64,000 nt of DNA from a virus. Lineage: Duplodnaviria; Caudoviricetes. The notes beneath the pieces are model-generated. The model was not told where the DNA came from and searched no databases. It saw only the letters and a list, made by a program, of their open reading frames with translations. Positions 19,717 through 28,532 of the stretch are shown piece after piece. The position numbers and the translations under genes were made by a program. Location of the stretch: positions 1 through 64,000 of the IMG/VR virus record IMGVR_UViG_3300042291_000844. One strand, written 5' to 3'. Positions within the stretch are counted from its first letter, which is position 1. Each line of letters opens with the position of its first letter.

Positions 19717-22521
19717 TTATGATTTTTTAGGAGTTGCCACATTGGGGTCAACTTCGGTTAAAGCAAATTTGTAAACTTTACCCTTCTTATTATTATATAA
19801 GAATAAATCATCTTCACCCTCTACAATTGTCCAATCTCCAATTCCGTTGTTTAAGGATAAATCGGATGTATAAACAGTAGACCATCTTAATGCTGCCGAA
19901 CCTAAATCTCTTGTTCCATTTGCTTCCGGTAAAACGTTACCACTAAATGTTGCACCTGCGAAAGTTGGAGTTGATGTAGTTAAAACTGCTTGGTTTATTA
20001 CTGAACCATATCCTGTTGTTGATGATAGAGTTATTTGAGAACTTCCACTTACCAAAGTTGGTAATGAACTTATTCCATTAAAAGTTATTTGAGATGAACC
20101 TGATACAATACTTCTACCCTTAGTTTCGTAAGATGAAGTTGCTGTATTTAAATTTGAAAGTTGTGAACTAACTGAAGCAGTATAAGTTGCAAGAGTAGAG
20201 TTTTTAGTATCTAAACTTGATGTATAAGTTGCTAATGTTGTATTTTTAGTATCTAAACTTGATGTATATGTAGCAAGGGTTAAATCCTTAGTATTTTGTG
20301 AACCACTAAAAGTATTTAAATCCGTTAGTATACCAACGATTTGAGATGAACCACTAACTACTCCGTTTGTAGATGCAAGTGAACCACTAAATCCGGTAGC
20401 AGTTAATATTCCTGTTACGGATGTATTTGAACCCAATGTAATCAAAGTACCGGTATCGGTAATATTTGAATCATTAAGATGTTCTTTACCTGTGCCCTTT
20501 GGTAATTTATTTGTTGTTAAATAAGTTTCATTTCCTAAATCATCGTATGTTTCAGGACCTAATAAAAAATGTGATGAGGTTACGTTTGTACCATTTCCTC
20601 TATGAACAAAGATAAATTCATCTTGTACTGAATCATATAAGAATGAACCAGAACCACCAATTGAACCACTATCTATTATACTTAAACCTGCATATCTTAC
20701 TGATGGGTTTGCTGTATTTAATTGAACAATGTTAGTTCCAATGGATACTGATGATGCGGAAATATATTGAATTGATGAACTACCTTGTACAATTAAGTCA
20801 TTTGCAATATACACCGAACCACTAAATGTTTGAAGTCCAAAAAATGTATTAGAACCAGTAGTTGCTAATCTTGTAATGTTTGTTGTAGACATTACATCTA
20901 CTTGTGATGAACCACTAAGTAATCCACTTCCACCTACTATTTGAGATGAACCTGAAATTACTCCAGTTGGTAAGTTAGCAATAGTTTGTAAAGACCCACT
21001 AACTACTCCCGTAGGTAATAATGATATCACTTGTGAAGAACCACTAACAATTCCACTACCTTTTATTTCGTATGAAGATGTTGCAGTATTTTGATTTAAA
21101 AATGTAGATGCAATGGATGAACTAAATGTATTTAAGTTTATACCATTTATAGTACCAACACTTTCAATTGAACCACTAACTATAATATTATCACCAAATA
21201 TGATACTATTTGCACCTGAAGATGTTATTTTATTACCATCTTGTATCTGTAATGTACCCTTAACCGAAATTAAACCTGCGGTAGGGTCTAATAATATATC
21301 ACCTCCACCTGAAGATTTTAGTTCAATATCACCATCTGCAGATTGTAAAATAATATTATCAGTACCCGCCTCTAATATCTTTATTGACTGACCATTATCA
21401 GTTGTTATTTGTAATTCAGTACCGGTTGAACCTAATACTTTTGTTCCATCTATATAAAGTGAACCAGATGAAACGAATATATCTCTCCATTGGTATTCTA
21501 AACTACCTAAATCGTATGTATTATCTATTGCCGGTATAATCGAACCGCTATGGATTTGAGTCCCTCTAAACGTGTTAGAACCCGTTGTAGCCAATACCGA
21601 TGCGGTTAATTGTGAAGAACCACTTATTGTTCCAATTGGGACTGCACTAATACTACCACTTAGGGTGTATCTTGTATCAAAAGAAGCCGTTAATTGGGAT
21701 GAACCACTAATCGTTCCTGCCGGTGTAGTTACCGAACTACTTACAATACCACTTGGTATATCAGTTAAAGTATTATATGAAACTGTACCAACTGCAGTTA
21801 CTAAATGTCCACCTTTAGCTACAACTACATATCCGCTTTGAGCAGATGATAATCCAATCGTTGCAGTATTTAAATCAGTTAAAGTTACTGATGACGGTAT
21901 TATTTGTGAATCATTTGAATTGTAAACTGAAATTACTAAATTCTTTGAATTAAAGTTGTGTGTTACACTTATAGTTGATTGTGTATCAAATGATGCAGTG
22001 ACAGTAGCAATTGTAGCTACTTCTTGCACTATTGTTCCACTAACTATATGACCACCTTTAGCAACAACTGCATATCCACTCTGAGGAGATGATAACCCAA
22101 TTGTTGTAGTGTTATTATTAGTAAGTATTACGGATGATGGTATGATTTGTGAATCATTTGTTCCATATACCGAAACTATTATATTTTTTGAATTAAAATT
22201 ATGGGTAACTGCAAAAGATGAGGTATTGTCGAATGATGCAGTAATAGTTGCTACTTGAGATACATCTGCGTTTGGTAAGTTGGTTAATCCACTACCATTT
22301 CCTATGAAATATGAAGCCGTTACAGCACCACCGATATTAAGCGAACCAGAAATTAGGGCATCAGTAACAACTATTGATTGTATGGAAGGGACTCCGTTAT
22401 CTTTTTCAAAATACAACTTACCATCGTAAGTGTTTATTGCCAACTCTCCTAACTCAAGAGTGTCGGTTGTAGGTGATTTTCCCTGAACTGCCGTTCTTTT
22501 TAGCTTTAATACTTGTGCCAT
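19717..22521 (-). CDS. Long Ser/Thr-rich tail/whisker fibre protein with Mtd_N/hyaluronidase-like N-terminal anchor
   Basis: N-term LKLKR...P....L.LGELAINTYDGKLYF; SGSSQ repeats; C-term DLGSAALRW.....WTIVEGEDDLF. Confidence 0.8.
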   Translation of the reverse strand: MAQVLKLKRTAVQGKSPTTDTLELGELAINTYDGKLYFEKDNGVPSIQSIVVTDALISGSLNIGGAVTASYFIGNGSGLTNLPNADVSQVATITASFDNTSSFAVTHNFNSKNIIVSVYGTNDSQIIPSSVILTNNNTTTIGLSSPQSGYAVVAKGGHIVSGTIVQEVATIATVTASFDTQSTISVTHNFNSKNLVISVYNSNDSQIIPSSVTLTDLNTATIGLSSAQSGYVVVAKGGHLVTAVGTVSYNTLTDIPSGIVSSSVTTPAGTISGSSQLTASFDTRYTLSGSISAVPIGTISGSSQLTASVLATTGSNTFRGTQIHSGSIIPAIDNTYDLGSLEYQWRDIFVSSGSLYIDGTKVLGSTGTELQITTDNGQSIKILEAGTDNIILQSADGDIELKSSGGGDILLDPTAGLISVKGTLQIQDGNKITSSGANSIIFGDNIIVSGSIESVGTINGINLNTFSSSIASTFLNQNTATSSYEIKGSGIVSGSSQVISLLPTGVVSGSLQTIANLPTGVISGSSQIVGGSGLLSGSSQVDVMSTTNITRLATTGSNTFFGLQTFSGSVYIANDLIVQGSSSIQYISASSVSIGTNIVQLNTANPSVRYAGLSIIDSGSIGGSGSFLYDSVQDEFIFVHRGNGTNVTSSHFLLGPETYDDLGNETYLTTNKLPKGTGKEHLNDSNITDTGTLITLGSNTSVTGILTATGFSGSLASTNGVVSGSSQIVGILTDLNTFSGSQNTKDLTLATYTSSLDTKNTTLATYTSSLDTKNSTLATYTASVSSQLSNLNTATSSYETKGRSIVSGSSQITFNGISSLPTLVSGSSQITLSSTTGYGSVINQAVLTTSTPTFAGATFSGNVLPEANGTRDLGSAALRWSTVYTSDLSLNNGIGDWTIVEGEDDLFLYNNKKGKVYKFALTEVDPNVATPKKS
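19978..20040. repeat. 63-nt perfect repeat, copy 1 (copy 2 at 22996-23058)
   Basis: Base-by-base identity between two different fibre genes. Confidence 0.9.
20279..20327. repeat. 49-nt perfect repeat, copy 1 (copy 2 at 34341-34389)
   Basis: gttaaatccttagtattttgtgaaccactaaaagtatttaaatccgtta present in two fibre genes. Confidence 0.9.
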
Positions 22522-22588
22522 ATGTATGACTTAATAATTTCATTATATAATTACTTAATTAGAAACTCCTTATATAAGAAGTTTATGA

Positions 22589-22612
22589 ACTATAACCCAT
22601 GTGGGTTATAGT
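22589..22612. repeat. Perfect 11-bp inverted repeat
   Basis: ACTATAACCCA-TG-TGGGTTATAGT overlapping the stop codon at 22606. Confidence 0.85.
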
Positions 22613-24156
22613 CCAGTTTCTAATTTATTAATTTTGTTTGATAAATCTTCGATTTGCTTTTGTTGTTCTTTTATACCTTCGATTAATAGAGCAACTAATT
22701 TGTCATATTTAACCGCTTTATATCCATTATCACGAGTTACAACTAACTGTGGAAGAACTTCTTCAATTTCTTGTGCGATTACACCGACATCGTTTCCTTC
22801 AAATCCATGTATATCTTTATTTTCTGCTTTCCAATCATATGTGTTACCACTAATCATTTTGATTTTTTCAATTGGAGATTCGATTGCTGTGATATTTTCT
22901 TTGAAACGAATATCTGAAGCAGAGAATGCTGTGATATCACCCGTTGCAGTTATTGCTCCGTTGATTGTTAAACCTGCGAAAGTTGGGGATGATGAAGTTA
23001 AAACTGCTTGGTTTATTACTGAACCATATCCTGTTGTTGATGATAGAGTTATTTGAGATGAACCCGAAACTACTCCGGTTGGTAATGTTGCGGTAAGTTG
23101 TGAAGAGCCAGATATTACACCATTAGTTGCATTTATCACTCCATTAAATGAAGTTGCGGTAATTACATCTGCTTTAAAATCTGCTAATGTAAATCCATTA
23201 CCGGTCGTATCAATTGTACCAGATGGTTCTGATGTGTATCCTTCGAATACTTTCCAAGTACCACCATCACTTGCATCTCTAAAAATACCAGCGTGTCGAT
23301 ACACTCCATCATTATAATTACCAACAATACCTAAGTCAGGATTAGTTATAGTAGAACCTTCGTTTAAGTAAATGAGATTATCTTGTATTGCTAAATTTGT
23401 TGAATTAATTATAGATTGTGTTCCATATACAACTATATCTCCCAAAAATGAAACAGTTGAACCCGTAAGTTGAATTGCTCCATTAAGAGATGATGTATAT
23501 GTATTTAAACTTGTTTGTGATGATAATAAAGAGCCTGTTACATTTGCAAGAGTTGTATTCTTAGTATCTAAACTTGCAGTGTAAGTAGCAAGAGTTGAGT
23601 TTTTTGATTCTTCAGACCCACTAAAAGTATTTAAATCTGATAATATACCAACTACTTGTGAACTACCACTAACAACGCCAGTTGGTAATGTTGCAGTAAG
23701 TTGCGAAGAACCAGATATTACACCGGTTGGTAACAATGGAGTTACCTGTGTAGAACCACTAACAATACCTGCTGGTATTGAGGAAACACTTGCATAAGTT
23801 ATTTGTGAAGAACCACTAACTAATCCTCTACCCGTTGTTTCATAAGATGAAGTTGCAGAGTTTAAGTTTGAAAGTTGTGTATCAACTGAAGCAGTATAAT
23901 TGGCAAGAGTTGAGTTCTTAGTTTCTAACGATGATGTATACGATTCAATTAAATCTAATCTAGCATCTTGAGAGCCAGTATCAATATTTAATTGTTGAAT
24001 TTTAGTTTCTAATGATGCAGAAAAAGTCTTAGGGTCTCCCAAACCTGCAACTGAACCACTAAACGAACCACTATATATACCATTATCTGGTAAGGTGAAT
24101 GTTGCACCATTTGCAAAGGTTAGTGAACCTGAAATTATGGGACTATGTATTATCAT
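22606..24156 (-). CDS. Tail fibre with C-terminal intramolecular chaperone (peptidase S74/ICA) domain
   Basis: ASDIRFKENI...GVIAQEIEEVLPQLV...VKYDKLVALLIEGIKEQQ. Confidence 0.9.
   Translation of the reverse strand: MIIHSPIISGSLTFANGATFTLPDNGIYSGSFSGSVAGLGDPKTFSASLETKIQQLNIDTGSQDARLDLIESYTSSLETKNSTLANYTASVDTQLSNLNSATSSYETTGRGLVSGSSQITYASVSSIPAGIVSGSTQVTPLLPTGVISGSSQLTATLPTGVVSGSSQVVGILSDLNTFSGSEESKNSTLATYTASLDTKNTTLANVTGSLLSSQTSLNTYTSSLNGAIQLTGSTVSFLGDIVVYGTQSIINSTNLAIQDNLIYLNEGSTITNPDLGIVGNYNDGVYRHAGIFRDASDGGTWKVFEGYTSEPSGTIDTTGNGFTLADFKADVITATSFNGVINATNGVISGSSQLTATLPTGVVSGSSQITLSSTTGYGSVINQAVLTSSSPTFAGLTINGAITATGDITAFSASDIRFKENITAIESPIEKIKMISGNTYDWKAENKDIHGFEGNDVGVIAQEIEEVLPQLVVTRDNGYKAVKYDKLVALLIEGIKEQQKQIEDLSNKINKLETGL
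22996..23058. repeat. 63-nt perfect repeat, copy 2
   Basis: Identical to 19978-20040. Confidence 0.9.
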
Positions 24157-24202
24157 CGCTTTTGATTTTTTTTTATTTTATTTACTAATAAATATATTTT
24201 TT

Positions 24203-24847
24203 TTAAATTGAACCGCCATCTATACTAGATATTGTTGTTGCATTTGCTGTTCCTGTCACATCTCCACTCAATGTTATTTGAGATGAGCCGCTAAAAATAC
24301 CAAGTGCATTTACTTGATTTGTTACAGCAGTACTGAACCCAGTAATGTTACTAGAATCAATTGAACCACTAACAATATGACCACCTTTTGCTATAACTAC
24401 ATATCCACTTCTTGCAGATTCAAATGTAATTGTTATAGTATTATTATCAGTATGTCTTAATGTTGATGGGATTATTTGGTATCCATCGGTATCATACACT
24501 TGTGCAATTGCATTAGGTGTGTTGAAATTATGAATAGCTACCCAAGTAGATGAGGCAGTAAAAGAACGTTGAACTGTCGCCGTTTGAGCAATTGTTACGT
24601 TTTCTAACCCACTACCATCTCCTACAAAATAAGAAGCGGTAATTGAACCGGTTATATTAAGGTTACCGGCAATGGCAGTTGAAGTATTAGTTGTTACTAA
24701 TGATTCTATTGAATCTACTGAACCTGACTTTCTAAAAAATACCTTACCATCGGTAACGTTCATTGCTATTTCACCATATTGTAGTGAACCAGTTTCAGGT
24801 ATTGCTCCAGCGGTCGTTGACCTTTTGAATTTAATAATTTGTGCCAT
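24203..24847 (-). CDS. Short fibre/adaptor protein with Mtd_N-like anchor
   Basis: IKFKRS...P..GSLQYGEIAMNVTDGKVFF; shares the HNFN...IIPS...AKGGH module with 19717..22521. Confidence 0.75.
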   Translation of the reverse strand: MAQIIKFKRSTTAGAIPETGSLQYGEIAMNVTDGKVFFRKSGSVDSIESLVTTNTSTAIAGNLNITGSITASYFVGDGSGLENVTIAQTATVQRSFTASSTWVAIHNFNTPNAIAQVYDTDGYQIIPSTLRHTDNNTITITFESARSGYVVIAKGGHIVSGSIDSSNITGFSTAVTNQVNALGIFSGSSQITLSGDVTGTANATTISSIDGGSI

Positions 24848-27800
24848 TAATTTTCTATTTTGGTTTTTAAATATTCCACTTGTTTGGTTAATTCCTTAAT
24901 ACCTTCAATTAAAACGGATACTAATTTATCATATTTAACTGCTTTGTAACCATTTTCTCTTGTTTGTACTAATTCAGGGAATACTTCTTCAATTTCTTGA
25001 GCGATTACTCCGTAATCTTTACCACTATAAATAGATTGTAACTCATCATTCCATTCAAACTCACAGCCATTAATTTTAGAAATCTTTTCTAATGGGGATT
25101 CGATTGGTTTGATATTATTTTTTAATCTAATATCTGATGATGCAAACGCAACAATATCACCTCCTGCATTGATACCACCACTCACCCCTATACCACCTGT
25201 TACGATAAATGCACCAGTTGTTTTATCAGTCGATGCGGTAGCATTTGTAATTGTGATTGCAGTTGATGTTGATGCACCTGCTGTAGTTACTTCTTGTAAT
25301 GTTTTTGTTACTTGTGATGAACCACTAACAACACCCGAAGGTAATGTTGCAGTAAGTTGTGAAGAACCCGATATTACTCCGTTTGTAGCGTTTATTACTC
25401 CATTAAATGAAGTTGCAATTACATCACCTATTGTTGTAAGTGAACCTGTTATTTGAACTGAACCTGTAAATTCATGTGTATCATTTCCAAAATCACCAAA
25501 CCTATTAGAACCACTACTAAATATGACAGATGCCGTTTCATTAATTGTTGTTAAATTAACAATGGTTAAATCCGTAATAGTTGTTCCACTTAATTGAGAT
25601 GAACCCGAAATTATTCCGGCTGGGATTGATGAAATATCTGCATATATTATTTGAGAACTCCCACTTACCAAGCCACTTCCACCAAATATCTGGGATGAAC
25701 CAGAAACTGTTCCGGTTGGTAATAATGGAGTTACTTGTGAACTACCACTTACAATTCCTCTGCCGTTTGTTTCATAAGATGAAGTTGCAGAGTTTAAGTT
25801 TGAAATATGTGAATCAATTGATGCTGTATAAATAGCAAGAGTTGAATTCTTTGTATCTTGTGAAGATGTATATGAATTTAATGAGGTTAATGGAATTAAT
25901 CTAGCATCAACGCCATTGGTGAAATGTGCAGAACCAGTATCTAATGTAAGAGTTACGGCTCCAAATTCAGCACCACCACTCAAACCATTACCCGAATTAA
26001 CTGCAGTAATATCACCTGCTCCAGCCAATACCATTGCATCATCTACATATTCTTTAATAGCAAATGCATTTCCTAATGTGTTTGGATTACCATCTGCTAT
26101 TGAAGATGATACATTATAAAATGCTGCTGAACCTAATGATGCTAGTGTATTTGCACCCAATAGCGTAGCAAAGGATGCCGATGGTGCATATCTTAAATCA
26201 TATGAACTAGTCAATTGTTGTGAACCACTAACTACACCGGTTGGTAATAATGATGGTATCTGCGAAGAACCACTAACTATGCCCGCCGGGATTGATGTTA
26301 ACGCGGTATATACTACTTGTGATGAACCACTAACTACTCCATTTGTTGCGTTGATTTCACCGATGATTGAACCAGTAAATCCTGCTGATGCACTTACTGC
26401 ACCTGTTACATTTAACGAAGAACCAACAAATACACCATTTACACCAACAATAGAAACTGTTTGTGCACTATCATCTATTTTTAAGTAATTGGTATCGTCA
26501 CCAAAGTAGTTGAAATCTGTATTACCTTTAAAGTGAATATCATTACCCGAAGGTGCAGCAGTATTATAAATTTGAAAATATCTTGCATCATTAACATCAG
26601 GTTGTAAAAATATATTTCCAATACCTTTAATTTCATTAGTTACTATTAAAGAAGAACTTATTATTTGCTCACCTTTAAATGTATTTGAACCGGTTGTTGC
26701 AAATGAACCAGTTAAATTTTGTAATGTTAAATTCTTAGTATCTAAACTTGATGTATAATTTCCTAAAGTTAAGTTCTTAGTATCTTGTGAAGATGTGTAA
26801 GAATTTAAATCATTTAATATATTTACAATTTGTGCAGATGATGATACTACTGAATCACCATCAATCATTAAATATCTATTATCTAATGAACTTGTTACTT
26901 GTTGAGAACCACTAACTACACCGGATGGTAATAATGAAGTCACTTGTGCGGATGATGAAACTATCCCATCTCCTCCTGCTAAAAGTATTTTTGATTCATC
27001 ATTTAATTTACCACCTTTCCAATAATCATTTGTTGAATCCCATAATAGAGAACCACTAATTTCGGAAGCACCAGTTGGGTCTTTAACCAATAAACCACCA
27101 TTCGCTACACCTGTACCATTTAATTCGATGATATTATCACCCAATACAATTGCAGTTGAATTAATTGATGTTTGTGTTCCTTGAACTACTAAATTTCCTT
27201 TAATCGTAGTAATCGATGAACCATCTTGGCCAGTAACTGTTATTGCATCTTTTAAAGATTGAGTATATAATAAAACTGATGAGGTTACATTTAATAATGT
27301 TTCCCATTTAGTATCTATTGAAGCAGTATAAATTGCTAAAGTTGTATTTTTTGATTCTTCAGATGCAGTAAATAGTAACAAAGAACTCGTTAATAAAGCT
27401 AATGTTGAATTCTTAGTATCTAAACTTGAAGTATAATTTGCAAGGGTACTATTCTTAGTGTCTTGTGAAGATGTGTAAGAATTTAATGATGCTGTTGCTG
27501 ATAAAACTGATGAGGTTACATTTAATAAGGTTTCCCATTTAGTATCGATTGAACCAGTATAAATTGCAAGAGTACTATTTTTAGTATCCTGTGATTGTGT
27601 ATAAGAATTTAATGAAGCCGTTGCTGATAAAATCGATTCAGTTACATTTAATAATGTACTCCATTTAGTATCGATTGATGCAGTATAAATTGCTAAAGTT
27701 GAATTTTTAGTTTCTAAACTTGCAGTGTATATTTCTAATGTAGAATTTTTAGTATCTAAACTTGCAGTGTATATAGCAAGAGTACTATTCTTAGTATTTT

Positions 27801-28374
27801 GGGATGAGGTATACTCATTTAATGAAGAAGTACTTACACTAACTGCAACAAATTTACTATCTACTGATGTAGTGTAATTTGCTAAAGTTAAATTTTTATC
27901 ATTAATACTTCCCGTATAAGATGCAAATGATGTATCGGATGATGATAAAATACCACTTCCTGGTACTAATATACTATCTATTGATGCAGAAACTGCATAT
28001 AAATTTTTCCATTTTTTATCTGAAGCACCTAAATCATCTATCCCATCAAATTGTGGAATCAATGAACCTGTGAATGGTGCGTTTACAGTAATAGTATCAT
28101 TTGAACCAGTACCTAATACGATGTTTCCACCAATTTCAATATTTCCACCAATTTTTGCATTACCTGCAATATTAAGTGTAGAGCCTGAAATAGTACCAAC
28201 TATTTGTAAATTTCCATTATTTGTTTCAGTTAGTTTTACTAATGTAATGTTATCATTACTTGCACTACTTTTACCGACCTGTAATGTAGTCAATGTACTA
28301 TTATAAAATAGTTCAGATACCTCTAACGAAGTTGGGGTAGTAGACCCTCTTCTTAATTGTAATATTGCAGCCAT
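24847..28374 (-). CDS. Long tail fibre with 14-aa coiled-coil repeats and C-terminal S74/ICA chaperone domain
   Basis: MAAILQLRRG N-terminus; DTKNSTLAIYTASL repeats; SDIRLKNNI...GVIAQEIEEVFPELV...YDKLVSVLIEGIKEL. Confidence 0.9.
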   Translation of the reverse strand: MAAILQLRRGSTTPTSLEVSELFYNSTLTTLQVGKSSASNDNITLVKLTETNNGNLQIVGTISGSTLNIAGNAKIGGNIEIGGNIVLGTGSNDTITVNAPFTGSLIPQFDGIDDLGASDKKWKNLYAVSASIDSILVPGSGILSSSDTSFASYTGSINDKNLTLANYTTSVDSKFVAVSVSTSSLNEYTSSQNTKNSTLAIYTASLDTKNSTLEIYTASLETKNSTLAIYTASIDTKWSTLLNVTESILSATASLNSYTQSQDTKNSTLAIYTGSIDTKWETLLNVTSSVLSATASLNSYTSSQDTKNSTLANYTSSLDTKNSTLALLTSSLLLFTASEESKNTTLAIYTASIDTKWETLLNVTSSVLLYTQSLKDAITVTGQDGSSITTIKGNLVVQGTQTSINSTAIVLGDNIIELNGTGVANGGLLVKDPTGASEISGSLLWDSTNDYWKGGKLNDESKILLAGGDGIVSSSAQVTSLLPSGVVSGSQQVTSSLDNRYLMIDGDSVVSSSAQIVNILNDLNSYTSSQDTKNLTLGNYTSSLDTKNLTLQNLTGSFATTGSNTFKGEQIISSSLIVTNEIKGIGNIFLQPDVNDARYFQIYNTAAPSGNDIHFKGNTDFNYFGDDTNYLKIDDSAQTVSIVGVNGVFVGSSLNVTGAVSASAGFTGSIIGEINATNGVVSGSSQVVYTALTSIPAGIVSGSSQIPSLLPTGVVSGSQQLTSSYDLRYAPSASFATLLGANTLASLGSAAFYNVSSSIADGNPNTLGNAFAIKEYVDDAMVLAGAGDITAVNSGNGLSGGAEFGAVTLTLDTGSAHFTNGVDARLIPLTSLNSYTSSQDTKNSTLAIYTASIDSHISNLNSATSSYETNGRGIVSGSSQVTPLLPTGTVSGSSQIFGGSGLVSGSSQIIYADISSIPAGIISGSSQLSGTTITDLTIVNLTTINETASVIFSSGSNRFGDFGNDTHEFTGSVQITGSLTTIGDVIATSFNGVINATNGVISGSSQLTATLPSGVVSGSSQVTKTLQEVTTAGASTSTAITITNATASTDKTTGAFIVTGGIGVSGGINAGGDIVAFASSDIRLKNNIKPIESPLEKISKINGCEFEWNDELQSIYSGKDYGVIAQEIEEVFPELVQTRENGYKAVKYDKLVSVLIEGIKELTKQVEYLKTKIEN

Positions 28375-28400
28375 TAATTGAAATTTCCTATTTTATTTCC

Positions 28401-28408
28401 TATAAATA
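28401..28408 (-). promoter_or_regulatory. Late-type motif
   Basis: Plus-strand TATAAATA upstream of the 1175-aa fibre gene. Confidence 0.6.
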
Positions 28409-28480
28409 TAGATATTTAATAAAATGTAAGTAAGATATAATAGTTATACCACCTATATAAGTATTGAAAAACAAAAAGAT

Positions 28481-28512
28481 AAAAAAAATCCCCCACTATT
28501 GTGAGGGATTTT
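28481..28512 (-). terminator. Rho-independent terminator (possibly bidirectional)
   Basis: AAAATCCC-C-CAC-TATT-GTG-A-GGGATTTT, with an A-run on the low side (T-run on minus). Confidence 0.7.
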
Positions 28513-28532
28513 GATTTTTTATTTATTCCGTA

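Noticed and set aside
19978-23058. Diversity-generating retroelement TR/VR pair
   Set aside because: The repeats are fully identical rather than differing at adenines, are not confined to gene 3' ends, and there is no reverse transcriptase in the window.
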